In this document: positions 19,513-26,500 of the stretch, one piece after another
Layout of the letters: every line of letters begins with the position of its first letter
How positions within the stretch are numbered: the first letter of the stretch is position 1
Source: Corallococcus coralloides
GTDB lineage: Bacteria > Myxococcota > Myxococcia > Myxococcales > Myxococcaceae
Strand: one strand, 5' to 3'
DNA length: 64,000 nucleotides
Assembly: GCF_044792175.1 (NCBI RefSeq)
Contig: NZ_CP172866.1
Program-made: the position numbers and the translations under genes
The notes under the pieces: generated by a model
What the model was told of the DNA's origin: nothing
Seen by the model: only the letters and a program-made list of their open reading frames with translations
Databases searched by the model: none

Positions 19513-20159
19513 TATGTGGTGATCTGGAGGGCCAAGGAGAGCAACGCACCGGAACTCGTGAACTCCACGACGCCACGGTCAATGTCGGCTCGGGTCATCT
19601 GATACTGCGCAGACGCAATCGGGTCGTCAAAGAGGGTGTCAACGTCAATGACGGTGAACTGGATGGGGGCCGAAAGCAGATCGGTACTCAGGACGTCGCA
19701 TGCCCCCTGCGTCCACGTAGGGGTGAAGCTTTCAACTTCCTCCGAAGGGGGCGCAGGCTGTGCGTTGGGACAGGACAGCTTGACCACGACATCCGGCGGC
19801 GAGCCATCTACGTCCCAGTCACTGTTGTCAGCAGGATCCTGCGGAGCGATCGTGGCGCGCAGGGGCTGGATCTTCGTGCGAATGGTGGGGGTGTAGCACT
19901 GTTGCTGTGACGGATGGCAGATGGTCCCGGTCGCGCACTTCGAGCATTTGGTGCCGGTAACACCGCACGCGTCGTTGGTACGAACTTCGACGCACTGGTT
20001 CGTGGTCGGATCGCAGCAGCCTGCACAATTCGCTGCAGTACAGATTTCTTCGAGTGGCGGGTTCTCCGTGATGGGGCCTGAGCTTGAGTCTTCGGGCCCA
20101 CAGCCTGCTAGCAAGAGAATCGACGTCAGCCCAAGAAGAATTCGGTTGTTGAATGTCAT
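19500..20159 (-). CDS. Cys-rich lipoprotein, paralog B (lipobox LLAGC)
   Basis: The protein starts MTFNNRILLGLTSILLLAGCG. It has a Cys-rich N-terminal region and the DWDVDGSPPDVVVKLSCPNAQ block shared with 14810..15430. It lies 6 nt downstream of the SIR2-like gene on the same strand and is lower in GC. Confidence 0.6.
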   Translation of the reverse strand: MTFNNRILLGLTSILLLAGCGPEDSSSGPITENPPLEEICTAANCAGCCDPTTNQCVEVRTNDACGVTGTKCSKCATGTICHPSQQQCYTPTIRTKIQPLRATIAPQDPADNSDWDVDGSPPDVVVKLSCPNAQPAPPSEEVESFTPTWTQGACDVLSTDLLSAPIQFTVIDVDTLFDDPIASAQYQMTRADIDRGVVEFTSSGALLSLALQITTYYAE

Positions 20160-20165
20160 TGGTTG

Positions 20166-21893
20166 TTAGTTGAGGTGGAGAACCAACACGCGGGTGCCTT
20201 TGTCCATGCGAACTTCAGCGGTGGCCATCCGAGTCACAGGAATGCTCGCGACCTGCGCCCTTCTGTTGCTGGGCGTGGGAGTGATGACGATGGGCGCAGG
20301 GTTCGGATACCCCAGGGCCGTGATGGTTGGGGCATCCGCGTAGCCCACGAGGTACAGGGATCCATCCGAGAGCGCGCGATGAAGCTCAATTCCCTCCTGG
20401 ATGAGGCCATAGATGGGTGTATCCGCGCTGTAGGTGGGAACGGTGCTCATCGGTACAAATGCGTAGCGTCCCCTGGGAAGCTGCGAGACGCGAGCCCCAC
20501 GCTCGGCGTCCGAAGCGGCGACGACCTGATGCTGCTGGCGAACGCTTCTGAGCGTGCTCGCGAGTGCCGGGACCGGAGCAGTCGTCGGGGGCTGCGGCTG
20601 GACAGGTCTCAGATTCCGCGGAGTCTGAACGACAAAGACGTCATTGTTGACGCTTTTGCTCGGGGATGGCCAGACCGCTGCCACGCCGCCAGCAATCAGC
20701 GCGGCAGCAGCAAACGGCAGGATTCTCCCGGAGCCTGATTTCGAAGGGCTGGCTGTGCCGTCCGTCTTCGGAGCGGAACGGGAAGCGGGACGATCCGAAG
20801 CGGAGGGCACAGGCTCGGGTGGCTTCGCCGCACTTGAGTGGGGCGAGGTCGCCGGCCCAGGGGCTCTGGTGGCCGAGGCGATTGGGATGGATGGCGGCGG
20901 TGGCTGTCGGACTGTGCTTGGAGGGGGCGACTGCGGGGCAACGGATGCGCCAAAGTGTTGACGCAGTTCAGGGAAGAATTTGTGGCAATCGATTCCGCCA
21001 TAACAACGAAGCCCTTTGTTGCCTCGTAAATTGGCAACCCTGCTGAAGAGCGTCGGATTACAGGCCTCGATTATAGCGTCATTCTTCTCGTAGAAACCCC
21101 AGAGGATGTCGACATCCTTGTGCCTGTCGACGTCAATCGCCGCGAGTGTCTGGGTGAAGACATCATCCCATCCGCCGTATCCGATAACGACAAGTGTGTG
21201 GCTTTGAAGGATCTGGATCAGTTCCGCAGAGACGAGTTTGCGCTCGCGACCAAGCTGGATGCCAGTGTGCAACGTAGGCGAGTCATGCCAGTAGCCGTGA
21301 AGGTGGATGATGTGCGTGGATTTGGAAGAGGAAGGAACCGTCTGCCCGAACGGGCTGTCGTGAGTCACGATCGTGCGATGGAAATCACCGCCAGCCACCT
21401 TCACCGATGCTGAGATGAGGGGATCAAAATTCGTGGTCAAGACGGGGCCAAACGTATCGGCTCTCTCCACCAGCAATCTTCCGAGATGCTCCGTCGCGGG
21501 AGGTAAGGCCCATCCGCCATAATCCAGATCCAGTTCGTCGTCAGTCGCTGCTCCATCGCGTTGGCGGTCCACCCGTGCGCGAAGCACAGCCTCTCGAACA
21601 ACCTTCTCGGAGACTTTCTTGTCCTCAAGGCCTTGCACGAAATGCATGGCCCATTGGTATCTGTTCTCTTTGGTGTGCTCGCGCTCCGTGTCGAATCTCG
21701 CCTTGAATCCGGTCGGGACGTGCTCGCGGATGAGATCCAGCATCGCCTCTACCCCAGGCACCTGGGGGGCGTCGGCTCGTTCCTGCGTCGACAAGGGGGA
21801 ACCGACCAGAAACGCGATTTTCCGGCTTTTGGCGGCAGTGATGACAGCGTTGGGGAGAGCATCCTTGGGATGCAGGAACGAATAGGAACTCAT
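20166..21893 (-). CDS. SIR2-like (SIR2_2/DHS-like NAD-binding) domain protein with Pro/Ser-rich linker, one TM helix and C-terminal domain
   Basis: The N-terminal 300 aa carry the SIR2_2 hallmarks FLVGSPLS, TTNFDPLIS, IIHLHGYW and VVIGYGGWDD. A low-complexity P/S/A linker follows, then a hydrophobic helix ILPFAAAALIAGGVAAVW and a roughly 160-aa C-terminal region. The gene is low in GC (about 48-55%). Confidence 0.75.
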   Translation of the reverse strand: MSSYSFLHPKDALPNAVITAAKSRKIAFLVGSPLSTQERADAPQVPGVEAMLDLIREHVPTGFKARFDTEREHTKENRYQWAMHFVQGLEDKKVSEKVVREAVLRARVDRQRDGAATDDELDLDYGGWALPPATEHLGRLLVERADTFGPVLTTNFDPLISASVKVAGGDFHRTIVTHDSPFGQTVPSSSKSTHIIHLHGYWHDSPTLHTGIQLGRERKLVSAELIQILQSHTLVVIGYGGWDDVFTQTLAAIDVDRHKDVDILWGFYEKNDAIIEACNPTLFSRVANLRGNKGLRCYGGIDCHKFFPELRQHFGASVAPQSPPPSTVRQPPPPSIPIASATRAPGPATSPHSSAAKPPEPVPSASDRPASRSAPKTDGTASPSKSGSGRILPFAAAALIAGGVAAVWPSPSKSVNNDVFVVQTPRNLRPVQPQPPTTAPVPALASTLRSVRQQHQVVAASDAERGARVSQLPRGRYAFVPMSTVPTYSADTPIYGLIQEGIELHRALSDGSLYLVGYADAPTITALGYPNPAPIVITPTPSNRRAQVASIPVTRMATAEVRMDKGTRVLVLHLN

Positions 21894-21932
21894 CGAGGGC
21901 GAACGCTATCAGAACCGCAGGCGGGGCCTAAT

Positions 21933-23498
21933 TCATGCGGCTCGCTCACTTGGTCGACCTTGTTCCTCCTCTTGGAGTGCCAATGTCTTCCGGTATTCCG
22001 CAGCCTCGGCCGCCCGGGTCAGTTCAAACTCACCGTGATGCTTGCGGACTGCCTCCGCGATCTCATCCAGGCCGACGCGGAAGAACTCCTTTCGCTCATT
22101 GATGCGGTTGACTCGCCGGTTCGCGAAGGCCTTGTGCAGGGCGTTCTCCAGGGCAGGGGCGTCCGAGGTCCGGATGATGGCGTGGACATCGAACTCGAAC
22201 GGCACCGAGGCATCTCCAAGTTCATCGATGCGGTCCTGGGGGACCAATCGTCGGGTCATCCCCAGCTTGAACACGCCCTCGCCGAAGGAACCAATATTGG
22301 AGATGACGTAGACGTGCCCGGTGCGGGTGAGCTGTGCCTGGGAGATGGCGCGCTGCTTCTCCATGTCTTCTGCCACACGGCGCTCCAGCTCCGCGATGCG
22401 CTCCATCAGCTTCTGCTGCTCCGAGCCCTTCGCCTGCTCGTAGTCCGCCCGCGCCTTGGCCAGCGCTTCTGCATCGCGCTTCGCTTCGCGCTCCGCTTCC
22501 AGCTTCGCCTTCTCCAACTCGCGTTGGGCGGCTTCCTCCTCACGCATCTGCTCCCGGATCCGGCGCTGCTCGTCACGCTCCTGCTGCACCTTCTCCTCGT
22601 ACTCGTACGCGAGCATCAGCTCCTCGACCTTGAGCTTGACGTAGCGCCTGGCGATGACGCACTGCTGGATCTCCGCGAGACCATTGATGGCGGCGGCTGC
22701 CTTCTCGATGCGCGTCTCCATGGCCTTGACGTTCTTGTAGGACACCTTCGCTACACACGCGTCCGCCTCGCCATTGAAGGCCCGGAGCATCAGCTTCAAG
22801 GTCCGCTCAATCTGCTTCTTGCCTTCCGCCTTGCTTCCATTCACTTCCCACTGAATGGAGCACGTGGCGGCTTCCTTGTTCTTCAGCATCTGCTTCTGAG
22901 CGTCGCGGATCTTCTCCAGCCGGTCCTCGTACTCCTTGACCGACGCCAGCGCGTACACCGGTTTGTAGAAGCCGAAGGAGAGCAGGACCTCCTCTTCCTC
23001 CAGTGCCTTCAACTCGGCCCTCAGGCGGGCGATGCCTGACTCCAGGTTGGTCCGCTCAGCGTTCGCCTGCTTTCGACGGGCTTCTGCCTCCTCCATGGCG
23101 CGCGTCGCGCTTTGCGTCGTCCGGCTCGTCTCTTCGCGGAGCCGGTTCAACTCCGCTTTCGCTCGGCCCTGCTCAGCGGCGATGGCCTGCTCAACGTCCG
23201 CTTTTGCCCGGGCAAGCTCGGTCTCTACCCGCTTCCGCTCCGCCGCCAGTGCACTGTCCGCTTCGCTCCGTGCCTTCGCCAAATCGTCCTGGACCCGCTT
23301 CTGTTCCGCGGCCATCGCGGTGGTCGCGTCCGTGCGGGCCCGCGTCAACTCCTCCGCGACCCGGCGCCGTTCGGCCTCCAGGTCCAGGATGGGCTTGAAT
23401 CGTTCCTGGACGGCTTTGAGCCGGCTCTGTGTCCGCAGCCACAAGCCAAGGAGCAACAGGCCCAGAATGCCCAGGCCAATGGCGATGATCGTTGTCAT
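21933..23498 (-). CDS. Membrane-anchored coiled-coil protein with DUF4041 and C-terminal T5orf172 (GIY-YIG-like) domain
   Basis: I chose the internal ATG at 23498, which has AGGAGA 6 nt upstream and avoids overlap with the helicase gene. The N-terminus has a TM helix (TTIIAIGLGILGLLLLGLWL), and about 200 aa of E/R/A-rich coiled coil follow. The C-terminus reads GHVYVISNIGSFGEGVFKLGMTRRLVPQDRIDELGDASVPFEFDVHAIIRTSDAPALENALHKAF...EFF, the T5orf172/MUG113 signature. Confidence 0.75.
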   Translation of the reverse strand: MTTIIAIGLGILGLLLLGLWLRTQSRLKAVQERFKPILDLEAERRRVAEELTRARTDATTAMAAEQKRVQDDLAKARSEADSALAAERKRVETELARAKADVEQAIAAEQGRAKAELNRLREETSRTTQSATRAMEEAEARRKQANAERTNLESGIARLRAELKALEEEEVLLSFGFYKPVYALASVKEYEDRLEKIRDAQKQMLKNKEAATCSIQWEVNGSKAEGKKQIERTLKLMLRAFNGEADACVAKVSYKNVKAMETRIEKAAAAINGLAEIQQCVIARRYVKLKVEELMLAYEYEEKVQQERDEQRRIREQMREEEAAQRELEKAKLEAEREAKRDAEALAKARADYEQAKGSEQQKLMERIAELERRVAEDMEKQRAISQAQLTRTGHVYVISNIGSFGEGVFKLGMTRRLVPQDRIDELGDASVPFEFDVHAIIRTSDAPALENALHKAFANRRVNRINERKEFFRVGLDEIAEAVRKHHGEFELTRAAEAAEYRKTLALQEEEQGRPSERAA

Positions 23499-23511
23499 GG
23501 ATGTCTCCTGT

Positions 23512-26500
23512 TCAGGCGCTGACGGCCCGCATCTGATGCTCCACCGGGGACTCTTCACGCACGACGGCTGGCAGCTCAGCCGCCTCCTCCCGAAGGAGCT
23601 CCTCGACGCGCGCGACGATCCGGGCGACCTCTTCTGAAGGCGAGCGGAACCAGTCCGTGGACCAGATGCGGTGAAGCTTCCACCCCAGGCCCTTCAACAC
23701 CTGGTCCCGGAGCCGGTCCCGGTCCCGCGCGGAACGCGACGAGTGGTACCGCTCGCCGTCACACTCGACACCGAGGATGTACCGGCCTGGTTGCTGGGGA
23801 TGCCGGAGGGCCATGTCGATGAAGTAGCCCGCAACGCCTACCTGCGGAACCACCTCGAAGCCCCGCGCCGCGAGCGCCTTCGCGACGGCGATTTCGAAGT
23901 CGGAATCCGGTGGACGGCCGCTCCCCACGCCGTGCGCCACCTTCTCTCCCTTGGCTTCGGACAGGTACCGTTGCAGGACGCGCATCCCACGGGGACTGCT
24001 CTCCTGGACCTTGAGCTGTGACGGGTCGAAGGACGCGAACACCGTCAGTGCACACCGCGCCCTCGTGAAGAGGACGTTCAACCGGCGGTATCCGTCCGCC
24101 TGGTTGATGGGCCCGAAGTTCATCCGGAAGCGCTCGTTCTTGTCGGGACCGAACGTGACCGACACGAAGATGGCGTCGCGCTCGTCGCCTTGCACGTTCT
24201 CCAGGTTCTTCACGTCGAAGGGCATGGGTGACTTCTCCCACTTCGCCAGGAAGGCTCGGAGGGTCGCGTCGTTCTTCTCCTCGGCAGTCACCAGGTCGTC
24301 GATGAGATCCCGCTGCTTCGAATTCAGCGTGACGACCAACAGGCTCTGCTCAGGACGTGTCCGCGCGTGCTCCTTCACCTTCGCCAGCACTTCGCGGGCT
24401 TCGGGGACGTTTCGGTTGGACTCGTACAGTCCTCCGTCCACTTTGTGGAAGCGCAGCCCCAAACCTTCCAGTTGCTCACCTGGTGCAGGGAAGGTGATGA
24501 GGTCGCCGTTGTAGAACTCACGATTGCTGAAGGCGATGAGCGAGGGGTGACGTGAACGGTAATGCCAGCGCAGCATGCGCATGGGGAACCGCTCCGCCGC
24601 CGCCGTGAGGATGCTCTCTGAATCCTCCAGGAAGGACGGGCCCTGAGCCTCGTCTCCCGCCTCGTCGTTGGACTCTGTGTCCTCCTGTTCCATCTGGGCG
24701 AAGAAGCTGGTGGGAGGGAGTTGCTCCGGGTCGCCCACTACCACCAACTGTCTCCCTCGCGCGATGGCGCCCAGCGCATCTTCGGGACGCATCTGGCTGG
24801 CCTCGTCCATCACGACCAGGTCGAAGGTCAACTGGCCGGCGGGCAGGTACTGGGCGACCGACTGCGGACCCATCATGAAACACGGCATCAGCGTCTGGAG
24901 CGCACTGCCGGCACGGGCGACCAGTTCACGAATGGGGAGGTGCCGCTGCTTCTTTCCCAACTCGTGCCGCAGAAGATGGGTCTCCGTCATACCCGCCACT
25001 TTCGCCGAGGACACACCCGGAGGAACCGGACGCTGGCTGAGTTGACGTGCCAGGTATCGGCCCTGCCTTTCGATGCAATGCGTGTCCAGGCGTGCGAACT
25101 CCTCTCTCTGGGAGGCATGAACGGCGCCCGTGAACTGGTCGAGCTCGGGTTGGTCTCGCAGGATGGCTTCCGCCAGGGAGCGGAAGAAGACAGCGTCGAA
25201 GGCCGCGACCAGCCGTTCCGGCTCCAGGCCCGGACGTGTGTCGACGCGCTCCAGGAACCCAGCGGTGCTCCGCGCTCGCGCGACGGCACGCCGCTGCCGT
25301 TGATACGCGCACCAGGCTGGAAGCGTCGCGGACTGGCTTCGGGCCTGGCGCAGTCGCAAGACCGTCGATTGGAGCGGCTTCTCGGCGGCGAGATCCTCCC
25401 AGGTGCCCTGGGCCATCCTTCCCAGCTCCCGGGCTTGGGTTGCGGACTGTCTGTAGGCACTGAGGGCTGTCTCCAATTCGTTCGTGATGGCGAGCAGGTC
25501 CGCGTGCCTTCGTGGCGTGTCCTCTCGTAGCAGCCACTCCGCCAGCCCTTCAGGGAGCGGCGCCGCGAGGAGGTCATCAACATGTCGGAGGATGCTTCGG
25601 GGACCCGCTAGGGAGGTTTTCCGCCCCTGGTAGGCCACCCCTGGCAGGGTCGCCGCGGAAGCGTGCGCTTCCAGCCGGTCTGCGGCTTCGCACGCTTCAC
25701 GCACCCGGCGCAGTTGTCCCTGGAGTTGGGAGAGGGTCAGGGACGGCGGGGCATCTCCCTTCCGTGCCCAGTTCAGGACCTGGCTCAGGTGCTTCAGCAG
25801 GGCGTCGAGGCTGTCCTGGGCCTTTCCGCAGGACTCGGTGTTCCAGGGGGCGCTCGGCAGCCCCATGCGCGTCGAGGCTTCTTGCACGAAAGTGCTTACG
25901 TCTCGGACTTGGGACAGTTCTTCGCTCTTCGCGCGGACCATCGCCAGGATCTCGCGCCAATGGCTCGGGGAACGCTCCAACACTGCTCGGCGTAGCTCCA
26001 AACCTCGCTCACCCATGGGGAGGATCAATGCGTCGATGTTCCGGTATGCGTCCAACCACGAAAGGATTCGGTCGAAGCGTGTCTCGACCCCCTGGAAGCG
26101 GGCGCCAAGGGTCGCTTTCAAGGTCGCGTCCTCCTGGAACCGCTCCCGTGCCGCGTAATGAGCCAGCAGGTCGTTGTAGCCCTGAACCAGTACGGGCCTT
26201 GTTGGACGTACGCCATGTGCCATGGCCTGGAAGTCCCGCCGCGCGGCGCGCCAAGCGCTCGAGAGCCAGGGGATGAATGGCGCGGTTGAAACCGCAACCG
26301 CATGGGACTTGAGCGTCGCGAGGGGAGGAACGAGTTCGGGCATGAAGCGCACCGCGAGCGCCCGTGCCTGATCTTTCAATTCCGTACAGGTGCTGTCAGC
26401 CTTCCGAAGTGTCTCCTCGGCTTCGCGTTCGATCCAGCACGGGTCCCGCCACTCCAAAGTGGTGTCGTCCAGGGCGGCCATCGCCTCGACGACGCGGGCG

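Noticed and set aside
21561-23039. 492-aa ORF on plus strand
   Set aside because: It is antisense to the DUF4041/T5orf172 gene. It is Leu/Arg/Gln-rich low complexity, as expected for the mirror frame of an Ala/Glu/Arg-rich coiled coil.
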